Positions 29,501-38,125 of a stretch of 64,000 nucleotides of DNA are shown piece by piece. Below the pieces are notes generated by a model. It did not search any database. It worked only from the letters and a program-made list of their open reading frames with translations, and was not told the origin of the DNA. A program made the translations under genes and the position numbers. The stretch is taken from positions 124,001 to 188,000 of the IMG/VR virus record IMGVR_UViG_3300038463_000730, one strand, 5' to 3'. Each line of letters starts with the position of its first letter. Within the stretch, counting starts at the first letter, position 1.

Positions 29501-32474
29501 TGAAGTTGTTGATTTCCTTAACAACTCCATTGACCAATACTGCTCCGCCCTGGAATGTTGCCGCGAGCGCCGTATGGCTATTTAGAGCAAGTCCACGAAG
29601 GACACCATTCTGACTTACGTTAGCTGGCGCAGCCGCAATGTACTGTAGAGCCGAGGTCGATAGTTCATTCTCGGTCACACCACCAAACTGGCGTCCATCT
29701 TGGATAAACGTAATTTGCTGATTTGAGCCGTTTAGTTGTCCGGCGCCGAGGTAGAAGACCTGACTGTCGAGACGCAACGATGGGAACAAATCGATGTTCA
29801 ACTGAACTGGCACAGACGGTGGATTGAACGAGATCGGAACTGTCAATGCATCGTAATCTGCCAGATTTACGATCATATCGATGTAATCAATACCCGTTTC
29901 ATCGTAGAAACGAACAACTTCGCCCTGTTTCCCGGTGATCGTTGCACCAAGATTGGAAGAAATCGTGTTGCACAGATTGCCCGAGAAGATACCGGTTGTT
30001 GCATTCCATGCTGTTAGATTAAATAGGATTGATGTTGATGAATTGGTTAGATTATCAATGTTGTTGGAATAGCCACGCAATTTCGGCCCAACGCCAATAA
30101 TGTTGAATCGAACTAGGTTGGCATCACCGGTTGTCAAATTGACACGCGCACGCTCTGAACTGAACGTATGTCCGGTCGAATCAACGAAGAACTCGAAGTA
30201 TCGTTTGAACGAGCTGCCATCATTTGTCGCATTGACAAGGTTCAACGCATCAAACCCAATAGAGTTCTCAGAGTAGTATATGGCTACATTGATTCCAGTA
30301 GATGAAACCGATACCGGAGTCCCAACAGCGTAGATGCAGCTGTAAACTTCGATTGTTGTTGACATGATAACCGAATCACATGTTGTGAACGATATACTGT
30401 CAATAATAAAACGTCCGTAATCAGTGTCGTTATACGCCGGAGAACTAAACGGTAGAAGCGGCTGTATCAAAATAGTTTTGCCAGGTGTCAAACCATATTT
30501 AGATAGGTCCTGGTTAACATTGTATGTTGCTCGGACCGTGATACCTGGCGTGATCGTCTTTGAAATGATCGAGCCCATCCAGTAACCGTCGCCGTTTACG
30601 TCAAAATAACCATCCGCTGGTTCAATCGTATTGAGGCTAGATTTGGCCTGACCATTTACGTAGTAATTCTTGTTTACTAGCGGTAAGAATATCTGCGTAG
30701 GAAACTGCGCTTGCTGAATAGATGCAAAACTGCTCTGATACGGTGGGCTTGCTACGTTAGCATTGCTTTTCCCTAATCCTAATGGATCAGGTCCGCCTAG
30801 AGCGTCACCGATTACGTTATTTGAGAACGAACCGGCACCAAGAACACCTCCGGTAGAAACCGTTCCGTTAATAACTGAGAAACCAGCTCCATTCGTTGCG
30901 TCGGTCATCGCAATACCGAAGTTTCCGTCGTGCTGGTATGCTATGAAACGATAGTTGTAGCCAGGAGCAGCGAATGCATCGTTTGTTGCGGCAATGATCG
31001 TATCGATCGTATAGGCACCGGGAGTCGTGCCCTGGTTTCCGGTCACGTCGATTGGTGGCATGGTCTGCACACGGTCAGTCGGGTTACCAGTTGGATAGAC
31101 AGCTAGATACAAATTGTAGTTTGTTGGTCCGAACTCAGAGGCGGTAAAATCAATTCCTAATGCACTGGCCGCGCGTGGATCCGATACCGTTACGCTTGGC
31201 AATGCGTCGAACGTGTTGTTCGTCTGAGCCAATGCCATAACGCCTGACGTTGCCTGCACTGCAATTGGCGCATCGATACGAGCAACGGCTGTAGACGAAT
31301 CAATGATGTTTCGACCGTTGATACGCACGTAGTAGGAACGGTTAGGTGGAGAGTAACCGTCGTAAGATGCTCGTGCTGACTCAATGATGTATTGAGCCTG
31401 AACTGTTCCATAGTTGACCGTTATGATCTGTCCTGGTTTGACAGAAGAAAACATCGAGTCAAAATTGAATGTCGGATCCTGTGGCGGAATGAACTGAATA
31501 ACGTCGTCACCGTAGGTATTGTTGTCTACCGGGCTACCAGCGTTACCACCTGAACCATTATCGTGCAAGAACGTCTTGCATAATGTGAATGGAACGATCT
31601 CCTGGCTTGAACCGGTGTATCCGTCATCAGTCGAATTGAGCAACGTTCCACGACATGTGCGCGGAATGTTGTTTCCGTGTTCATCCTGTTGGTGGATCGT
31701 CAATCCGATGAAACTTGTTGTATCAACGAAGTTAGCGAACTCTTGAACGTTCTCAACTGTTTTCGGAATGACTACGAAGTTTGTCGAGTTTAGCGAGATA
31801 CCGGCACCGACGTGTCCGTATTGGTTTGGAATGTTGCCAGTGTGAACATTGCCATCGGCAAGTTCGTGGCTAACCAAGTCCTGATTGATGTTGAAAAGGA
31901 ACAAGGCGAGATTCGATCCGCGCAATAGACCATTGCGATCGGTCGGAGCGTGGCCACCTGGCCATGTGAAGCTCGGGTCTCGTGGATCGGTAGGTGCAGC
32001 ATTGATATCGATGTGAGAAACAACGTGGCGACCCGATTCGCCACCTGAGAGCGGCCCGACACCGGTAATGTGCTTGATGAAATCTAGTTGGGTTGTGCTG
32101 GCAAGCGTCTGAACAGCATTGATCTGTGTTCCGAGTACCTGGATATCGTTGTAGAGCGACTGTGTTGAGTAAGCCAGCGCGATCTTCGATTCCTGAATTC
32201 CGGCACCGGGAGCAATCTGTGCATCAGTAAACTGCGTTACACTGATTGCGTGCAATATAGCAGATGGCCTTAGATAACCGTACGGATCGATCGATACTTC
32301 TAGGCGAGCTGCGATTGATCCAACCGCTCCCGAACCTCCGATTCCGATTTCGTTTTCGATGGCAAAAATAGCCGATCGACATTGATCAATAGCCAACCCT
32401 CCGAGTTGTGTGACGTCATCGTCTACTCGAATAATTGTCGAATCATCATCTAGAGAAAATGGGTAATTGCTCAT
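26598..32474 (-). CDS. Large tail fibre/spike protein with C-terminal parallel beta-helix, 1958 aa
   Basis: Virion-attachment-type N-terminus (MSNYPFSLDD...AIFAIENEIG); repeated (V/S)TFNNC(T/N) and I.GN.F beta-helix rungs in the C-terminal ~40%. Confidence 0.75.
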   Translation of the reverse strand: MSNYPFSLDDDSTIIRVDDDVTQLGGLAIDQCRSAIFAIENEIGIGGSGAVGSIAARLEVSIDPYGYLRPSAILHAISVTQFTDAQIAPGAGIQESKIALAYSTQSLYNDIQVLGTQINAVQTLASTTQLDFIKHITGVGPLSGGESGRHVVSHIDINAAPTDPRDPSFTWPGGHAPTDRNGLLRGSNLALFLFNINQDLVSHELADGNVHTGNIPNQYGHVGAGISLNSTNFVVIPKTVENVQEFANFVDTTSFIGLTIHQQDEHGNNIPRTCRGTLLNSTDDGYTGSSQEIVPFTLCKTFLHDNGSGGNAGSPVDNNTYGDDVIQFIPPQDPTFNFDSMFSSVKPGQIITVNYGTVQAQYIIESARASYDGYSPPNRSYYVRINGRNIIDSSTAVARIDAPIAVQATSGVMALAQTNNTFDALPSVTVSDPRAASALGIDFTASEFGPTNYNLYLAVYPTGNPTDRVQTMPPIDVTGNQGTTPGAYTIDTIIAATNDAFAAPGYNYRFIAYQHDGNFGIAMTDATNGAGFSVINGTVSTGGVLGAGSFSNNVIGDALGGPDPLGLGKSNANVASPPYQSSFASIQQAQFPTQIFLPLVNKNYYVNGQAKSSLNTIEPADGYFDVNGDGYWMGSIISKTITPGITVRATYNVNQDLSKYGLTPGKTILIQPLLPFSSPAYNDTDYGRFIIDSISFTTCDSVIMSTTIEVYSCIYAVGTPVSVSSTGINVAIYYSENSIGFDALNLVNATNDGSSFKRYFEFFVDSTGHTFSSERARVNLTTGDANLVRFNIIGVGPKLRGYSNNIDNLTNSSTSILFNLTAWNATTGIFSGNLCNTISSNLGATITGKQGEVVRFYDETGIDYIDMIVNLADYDALTVPISFNPPSVPVQLNIDLFPSLRLDSQVFYLGAGQLNGSNQQITFIQDGRQFGGVTENELSTSALQYIAAAPANVSQNGVLRGLALNSHTALAATFQGGAVLVNGVVKEINNFTVNIPAVQDNNGGTPINGVNWVICVNQKAEIQTIPITDYDTTVNAINNPGRLLTLYNPTTLVSYPVDSTTFSSLLNTRKDLTPLYLFNQQGASAFVTDVRKFIRNSDQNISPVLSADPSTGNFSQFAVVNAYLKYNSSYESRIKVKGSNSILGALTLSYPQPVDFIGDGAGAFVFQANSLFDMFSVANFENITFTFLGGGFTGLAFQAGSVSTFNNCTFNDGYGINFFEGGQVTFNNCTFNFGTTLAMLTNGGNVTFNNCNIIFAAVNTITISSGMTMAFNGCTMSLAPGAFLSFAAGSFASFKGCTITVNGQTGFNVKSNTTFDGCNITYNYDATNDATWSSSYLVNCTGPSSPQTPPPTVSSATYGAIAGLFSDQTIQNIYIRNCKFTTTTVNRYPVISFYAVQANAAADTFLSNFYIENNQFISTTSVDDLAPAFALLTGHPAGYTSGNEAPKLINCHINKNYCDKNQMIFLGAQRNGSSPGSSTAMINVHIENNVCGAILYWHQLDYPRNTPNLSQLTRDKDETLIIAGNSCHLIATACEDGLHRYQTGGDGTYWIGSTIIRENTVNWVQAQIGNNDTTTLSTHATTLQILNNRFLAYSTTFLGNYIGNVDALEDRGTPSNSAIRCDANSGSGGDVGNVKISGNMFFVGSHTDNTLTPQTIYYYDNCVFMAPGGSITDNTFDGCLNQSGTGTFITYYGVNGRQCTITGNQFYRYTNVIASYINVTSSSGLVSVTGNFFDSETVDGASNYTLVVYSNSASLIRSNLANLHSYSENIPPLIVPVVRNICQPAIWGGYVGGASVTYGYSGNLGAGGPGTTLFSTLDGTAGSAGQMQLAISRFPNGSTMNSFNITYALGHPGKPWTAGPSISLYAYPNNQGASTPITLSINGPGATNTAQGATFSWSGTTPSVGTYVCTIPGGLVLDDSSFSYILQIQSPDPSGLAYASWAAPIINVSIYNLDPTRM

Positions 32475-32593
32475 GTTCTGGCACCTGTTATCCTATCACA
32501 CTTCGTGTTTGAATGCGGAGCATGACTACTTCTCAAATGGCAAAATATTCATGCCAGATGGAAAATAAGAGCCTAGATTGTAATGTGTCGAGC

Positions 32594-32857
32594 TTACAGA
32601 ACTTTTTTGACTTCAGTAATGATCTCGCTCGGGTTGAAACCGGGTCTCTGCACATTGTTGTTCGCGTCGTTCATGTTCTCTTTGTGCTGAGTCCAGCAAT
32701 AGATCGAACCGATCACCGAACACGCTGCTGCGAACCCGTTACCATCCATCTTTCCTAGAATGGTAGCTGCCGTAGCACACGCCAGGATCAATACACACAT
32801 GATCCCTTTTTCATCACCCATTAAGTTTACTGTACCTTGAACTATTTTCCACATCAT
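32594..32857 (-). CDS. Small two-TM membrane protein (holin-like)
   Basis: 87 aa; hydrophobic segments GIMCVLILACATAATIL and GFAAACSVIGSIYCW; polar C-terminus. Confidence 0.5.
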   Translation of the reverse strand: MMWKIVQGTVNLMGDEKGIMCVLILACATAATILGKMDGNGFAAACSVIGSIYCWTQHKENMNDANNNVQRPGFNPSEIITEVKKVL

Positions 32858-32861
32858 ACCC

Positions 32862-33311
32862 TCACTTTAATCTTGCTACCAACAATCGAACATTCAAATA
32901 GTTTGGTGGACCGAGCGCTTCTAGACTTGGAACATAATAGTTGTGAAAATCAGTAGCAATTGTAATAAATGTTGTTGAAGGAGAGCCATATACCGTTCTA
33001 TTCCATGGAAAAGCCATGATCTCATTCAAGTACATATAGTAAAGATGAATACTATATGAACTTTTCAACATGTCTAGTTTGTATCGCACGGTGCCAGAAA
33101 TGTCTGTAGGGAATCTGCGGTTAAAAATGTTCGAGTAGTAACCGTCCCGTATATTAGCTAATCCGATGTAGAACTCAGGAGTGATATAGTCATCAAACCC
33201 TTTGCAGTATCCATCTATAAAACCGCTCTGTAAGCAGATCTCTTTCCATGTTACGTGACCATAACCATCATCCGCTGTTGCAACTTCGACAAAACTTCTA
33301 AATTCTAACAT
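32862..33311 (-). CDS. Hypothetical protein with three DGY motifs
   Basis: 149-aa ORF with AGGA ribosome-binding site, in the fibre gene cluster. Confidence 0.7.
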   Translation of the reverse strand: MLEFRSFVEVATADDGYGHVTWKEICLQSGFIDGYCKGFDDYITPEFYIGLANIRDGYYSNIFNRRFPTDISGTVRYKLDMLKSSYSIHLYYMYLNEIMAFPWNRTVYGSPSTTFITIATDFHNYYVPSLEALGPPNYLNVRLLVARLK

Positions 33312-33319
33312 ACGTTCCT

Positions 33320-34588
33320 TTAACTAGCAGTGATTATTACTATACCAGGTAACCCGAGGTCTCCGTGGTAACCTGAGCCACCGGGTTGATTATTGCTTCC
33401 GGCAAAGCTTGCACAGCCTCCGCCTCCACCAGGGCCACCAATGCCACCGGCGCCGTAACCTGTTTGAGTCGCCGTGCCATCAACCCACATTCCAATCGCT
33501 TGGAATGAAAGTGGAGCGTAATTTGGCGTTAGCCCTGGGTTCGTTCCACCATCCGAGCCGCCAAGCCCTAGAAACTGACCGCTATGAGAATTGATGTATG
33601 GCATTTTTATTGGGCTGCCAGTTGAGTAAACGTTGAAATCTAAGCCAACCATATACAACGGAATCGGATTGAGTAATGACATGACGCCACCACCGCCACC
33701 GCCATTGTAACTAAAATGATTTCCTGTAGATGTGTATGCACCGGTCACAGAAGAACTGGTGTATGACAAACTCGCATCAATAACCGTGTTACCAGTGATC
33801 CATGTGGGCGCGCTGCCAAAAGGACCGTAATATTGATCAACAGTCGGATAAGGAATGATTGATGCCGATACGTCAGTATAGATCTTGTAAATATAGTACA
33901 GTCCTCCGATGAATCCACCGGCCGTTGAGAATGTTGGTGATGCAATCTGAATAGGAGTCGCGTGATTATTCTCGCCACCAGTACCACCACCAGAACCCAT
34001 TCCTCCTAATCCGGCTTGTGAACCATCACTTCCGGTCGGATCAGCTGGGTAAGGAGCTGGGTAGCTAAAATCGAATCGTTGACTAAATCCCATTGTGTTG
34101 GCGCTCGCTCCACCAGATCCGACAGCGTCGAATCCTGAGCCACCGCCAGGACCACCGACACCATTCGATCCTCCTGTAGCAAATAACTCTAGCCCGTTAG
34201 GGAACGTAAATGAAGAGCCTATCCCGGATGTTCCGTTACCTCCAATACCTCCACCACCTAGCCCAGTAACGTTACCAAATGCTCCAGCAGCTCCGCCCGT
34301 GCCACCGCCACCGACGTTAATTTGGTACGAAACACCCGGTGTGACAGGTATCTTCTTGGCATTAACCAAGTTTCCACTTACCCCACAACCACCAGACGCA
34401 CCGCCGCCGCCACCATTCGAATAAAAATAGTTTCCGGCTCCGCCTCCACCACCGCCGCCTCCACCACCGCCGCCACCGATCAACATGATATCAACGTAAT
34501 TGATATCAATAGGACAAGTCCATTGATACGTTGTGTACGATCCTGACGTATAGTTGAAAATATATTTCTGAGATGGATTGTAAGACAT
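33320..34588 (-). CDS. Glycine-rich fibre/receptor-binding domain protein (paralog B)
   Basis: WTCP...VDIMLIGGGGGGGGG...IPVTPGVSYQINVGGGG...GLPGIVII, a typical phage Gly-rich domain. Confidence 0.8.
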   Translation of the reverse strand: MSYNPSQKYIFNYTSGSYTTYQWTCPIDINYVDIMLIGGGGGGGGGGGGGAGNYFYSNGGGGGASGGCGVSGNLVNAKKIPVTPGVSYQINVGGGGTGGAAGAFGNVTGLGGGGIGGNGTSGIGSSFTFPNGLELFATGGSNGVGGPGGGSGFDAVGSGGASANTMGFSQRFDFSYPAPYPADPTGSDGSQAGLGGMGSGGGTGGENNHATPIQIASPTFSTAGGFIGGLYYIYKIYTDVSASIIPYPTVDQYYGPFGSAPTWITGNTVIDASLSYTSSSVTGAYTSTGNHFSYNGGGGGGVMSLLNPIPLYMVGLDFNVYSTGSPIKMPYINSHSGQFLGLGGSDGGTNPGLTPNYAPLSFQAIGMWVDGTATQTGYGAGGIGGPGGGGGCASFAGSNNQPGGSGYHGDLGLPGIVIITAS

Positions 34589-34597
34589 TGTGCTCTA

Positions 34598-35818
34598 TTA
34601 CCTATGTGAAATCATTACCAAGCCTGGTAATCCGTTGTCCCCGTGGTAACCATTTCCACCAGCATAAGCTGTTGGATAGTCTCCGGCCGCTGCGCCTCCA
34701 CCTCCAGGACCACCAATACCACCGCCACCGCAGAAGCCCGTTACGGCAGTTGCCGTTCCATCTCTCCACATCCCAATGTTAGAACCGCTTGGTGTATGAC
34801 CGACACGACTACTCGATGCCGAACCGCCATTACCAAGACCAGTACTGTTGAAAGAATTGATGAGTGGTAATTTTAGCGTATTTGAACTTGAAAATTGATT
34901 AAAGTCAACACCGATCATGTATAGCGGAATAGGATTAACTAGTGCCATCACTCCTCCGGCGCCACCACCCGAAATAGCAAATCCAGAAACGTTAGCACCT
35001 CCGGCCGCTCCGGCTCCAGGCTGGGTGAAATCAATTGGGAAATTGGTATCGATCAACGTGTTGCCTAGAACGTTAACAGGTGGATATCCAAATGGACCCC
35101 AGTACTGATTTACCGGTGGATATGTAAGTACCGACCCGTCAACATCCGTGTAGATCTGATAAATTGCGAAATTGAAATTCTGAGGAGTGTTTACAGAGTT
35201 AATACCAACTTCTCCACCCTCCAATCCAGCTTGAGATCCGTCACTTCCAGTCGGATCAGCTGGATATGGAGGGATCGGATTGTAAACGTAATCGTTGTAT
35301 CCGAGTAAATTGGATGACGTTCCGCCCACACCTTGAATACCTAAGTTACCACTGAATTGCCAAACACCAGCTTGACCACCGTTACCACTGGTTCCACCAG
35401 GGCCACCCGTTGCTACAAAGCTAACTCCATTTGGGAGCGTAAATTGTGATACCGTTCCAGCAGTACCGGCTCCACCGTTAAACCCATCAGTATAGGGATT
35501 ACCAGCTCCACCATTTCCGCCCAAACCATTTACTCCTACAACAATGTTGTAAGTGACACCAGGAGTTACTTGAACACTCTTGACATTCACAAGGCTGCCG
35601 CTCAATCCACAACCGCCCGAAGCCCCTCCTCCACCGGCAGCACCAACATTGTTACCCGTTCCTTCGAATAGAGCGCCCGTTCCTCCGCCACCGCCACCGC
35701 CACCGCCACCACCGCCGCCAACAACTACGATATCAACATGGAACACGTTGACAGGGCACATCCATGAGAAAGTGCCTGGAGTATTGAAAATGTATCTTGA
35801 TGCTGGAGCAAATGACAT
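34598..35818 (-). CDS. Glycine-rich fibre/receptor-binding domain protein (paralog A)
   Basis: FNTPGTFSWMCP...VDIVVVGGGGGGG...VTPGVTYNIVVG; shares PYPADPTGSDGSQAGL and NPIPLYM with 33320..34588. Confidence 0.8.
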   Translation of the reverse strand: MSFAPASRYIFNTPGTFSWMCPVNVFHVDIVVVGGGGGGGGGGGGGTGALFEGTGNNVGAAGGGGASGGCGLSGSLVNVKSVQVTPGVTYNIVVGVNGLGGNGGAGNPYTDGFNGGAGTAGTVSQFTLPNGVSFVATGGPGGTSGNGGQAGVWQFSGNLGIQGVGGTSSNLLGYNDYVYNPIPPYPADPTGSDGSQAGLEGGEVGINSVNTPQNFNFAIYQIYTDVDGSVLTYPPVNQYWGPFGYPPVNVLGNTLIDTNFPIDFTQPGAGAAGGANVSGFAISGGGAGGVMALVNPIPLYMIGVDFNQFSSSNTLKLPLINSFNSTGLGNGGSASSSRVGHTPSGSNIGMWRDGTATAVTGFCGGGGIGGPGGGGAAAGDYPTAYAGGNGYHGDNGLPGLVMISHR

Positions 35819-35825
35819 CTTAACC

Positions 35826-38090
35826 TTAGATTAGGAACCAGTTGCCACCAATACTTGCAATCAATGTAATTGCTGTAAATGGTGTTACGACAGTAAGTGT
35901 GTCACCATAAAAATTGGGCGAGCCAGAGCCAACAGGTGTTCTGCTGAGTCCTGCCTCAAACTGTTCTCCTGGTTGTGTATAGATGGTAATTGAATGCGTA
36001 AGGCTAGCCTTACCAATATCCTTAATAATCAATATTCGTCCTGAATTGCTTGCGGCCATTGGTAACACAAACACACAAGCTCCAAGTATCGTTGGAGCGA
36101 TCATACAGTAGTCTTTGAGTGACCCTGAATCAACAACATAGGTTGTCGTGCTAATTGACGTGTTTAGATTCTGTCGAATCTGACCGGTAGAAAACAGAGT
36201 AGAATTGCTAAATATCTGGTTGTTGAAAGTGGCCGTTCCAGCAAATGATGAAGAGTTATTAGCGATAAACACTCCGTTTGCCGTTGTGGTTCCAGTTATC
36301 GTTGCTCCGCCGCCACCAATATTTGCCGTAGTAATGTTACTTGTGGTAACGTTTTCAGTTGTGATGTCTGCCACGCCAAGAGTTGTAAGGCCCGTTACAA
36401 CAGCCACTCCGGTCACATCAACAGAAGCTAGCGATACACCTCCCGTAGTAACGGACAACGCCGGAGCCGGGGTAGCGCCGGTTGTATTCACCGTGACGGT
36501 GAACATGTTCAACCCGCTCTTGTTTCCGTATTCCATCCAAGACAAGTAATTCAAAATCGACCCAGTCAATGTTGAATTGATCTCAATTGGGTAGAATGAT
36601 AGAGATGTATTGGTTGATTTACTGACAATGATGTCATTGCCTGACACGATCATTTTTCCACGAGCTTGCAACGCAGGAATAGGTCCACTCACAACGTTCA
36701 TGACAAACACACCACGAGCAATGTTAGTGCTGTTACCATACATCGTGTTATCATGAACGTTAGTCATGCCATCATTCACAACTATGAAGCAGTTGTTCTG
36801 ATCCGATCCTGATCCAGCATAATTTCCAAATGCACGGATCTTAGAGTTCGATACATCAAGATAGTCGTTGCTACCAGCGTTGCCTTGCCAAATGATCGGC
36901 ACAGCAAAACCATCTATTGTACAATCTGTAACTTTAAGTGTTGATGAAGACGGAAACGCAGTATTCAAAAATACGGCCGTTCCAGTCAAGTTTGAATTAG
37001 CTCTTCCAATAATGAGGACATTGTCAAGAATAAGACTTGAACTTGTTTCCTGTTGAATCAACGCTGCTGGATACAGAACGGTAGATGACGTATAGTTTTG
37101 AGCAAGAGTGTAGTTCGTGTCCGGCACATGTGGTGGCTCGATGAAATGGTCACCAATCACCATGTTCGTGATTTTGCTTTCACGCACGAAACTGAATCGA
37201 TTTGTGTTTCCAGCCACAATTGCGTCGTCATTAAGAGTTCCGAGGTCGGTAGGCATAATTAAAAACACTGGTTTGATAGGAAGAACGAATCCTCCCGATT
37301 CAGAACCGGTAGCTGCTACCGCAACAGATCCGGCCAAGCCTGGCCCGGCGAATCCATATGTCAGGTTGAATGTAGTATTACCGCCTAAGTTAACAACATT
37401 ACCAGCAATGAATTGGTATTGAGGCTGAGTATTGGCAGCACTATTTCCAGATACACCGTATACATTGACGATATCTCCGGTTGCCAAATTAGGAATAGCT
37501 CCCGTTGTGATCTGAACATGGCCACCCGCATTCGGGAATGCAGTTATTGCGTACCCGGCACCACCGTTAATTTGAGTTGGTGGCTCGGTCTGATTCAAGT
37601 TAGTGGCATTGATGATTTTCGTGCCAAAACCCTCGCCCATCAACGTAATTCCAGGTGGAACGTTGATCGTTTGTTTCACAATGTACGTTCCTGCCTTGAT
37701 AATAACAAGTCCACCGTTCTGAATACGCGAAAAATCTGGTGGAAGAGGCGTACCATTGTAGATTGCTGTGAAAATAGGATTCAATATCGTATCGAGCGAT
37801 GGAATGGTCGGATCGTATGGAGCGAATGCCGTGCTGTTTGGACCAGCCCATGTATTGTACCCGTCACCAACCGTGATGAACCCTTGCCCGATCGACTCCA
37901 ATTGATTAATCGTATCGTTGAAACTATTCAACGTGCTCTGAATAGTCGTCGCTCCAGAAACGATCGCTGGATTCATATCCACTTCGTCAGCCGTGTGACG
38001 GAAATTCGCACCATCAACGTGAGCTTGGAAATCGTAACGATTAACTACAAGCTGAGCTGTTCCTGGTTTATTTGGATCAAAGTTTGCCAT
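35826..38090 (-). CDS. Tailspike-like protein with pectate-lyase-type beta-helix, 754 aa
   Basis: GGLVIIKAGTYIVKQTINVPPGITLMGEG beta-helix cap; C-terminal fibre module (FVLPMAASNSGRILIIKD...TLIASIGGNWFLI). Confidence 0.75.
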   Translation of the reverse strand: MANFDPNKPGTAQLVVNRYDFQAHVDGANFRHTADEVDMNPAIVSGATTIQSTLNSFNDTINQLESIGQGFITVGDGYNTWAGPNSTAFAPYDPTIPSLDTILNPIFTAIYNGTPLPPDFSRIQNGGLVIIKAGTYIVKQTINVPPGITLMGEGFGTKIINATNLNQTEPPTQINGGAGYAITAFPNAGGHVQITTGAIPNLATGDIVNVYGVSGNSAANTQPQYQFIAGNVVNLGGNTTFNLTYGFAGPGLAGSVAVAATGSESGGFVLPIKPVFLIMPTDLGTLNDDAIVAGNTNRFSFVRESKITNMVIGDHFIEPPHVPDTNYTLAQNYTSSTVLYPAALIQQETSSSLILDNVLIIGRANSNLTGTAVFLNTAFPSSSTLKVTDCTIDGFAVPIIWQGNAGSNDYLDVSNSKIRAFGNYAGSGSDQNNCFIVVNDGMTNVHDNTMYGNSTNIARGVFVMNVVSGPIPALQARGKMIVSGNDIIVSKSTNTSLSFYPIEINSTLTGSILNYLSWMEYGNKSGLNMFTVTVNTTGATPAPALSVTTGGVSLASVDVTGVAVVTGLTTLGVADITTENVTTSNITTANIGGGGATITGTTTANGVFIANNSSSFAGTATFNNQIFSNSTLFSTGQIRQNLNTSISTTTYVVDSGSLKDYCMIAPTILGACVFVLPMAASNSGRILIIKDIGKASLTHSITIYTQPGEQFEAGLSRTPVGSGSPNFYGDTLTVVTPFTAITLIASIGGNWFLI

Positions 38091-38125
38091 TTATTCTCCA
38101 CCTAATTCAAGTAGATACTGTATTA

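Noticed and set aside
30570-30620. DxNGDG calcium-binding loop as the general explanation for DGY
   Set aside because: Only this site (DVNGDGY) fits the DxDxDG pattern; most others lack the upstream acidic residues. Retained only as an alternative hypothesis.
34440-35720. CCG/CCA-rich simple repeats as contingency loci
   Set aside because: They encode the poly-Gly runs expected in Gly-rich domains and use mixed codons.
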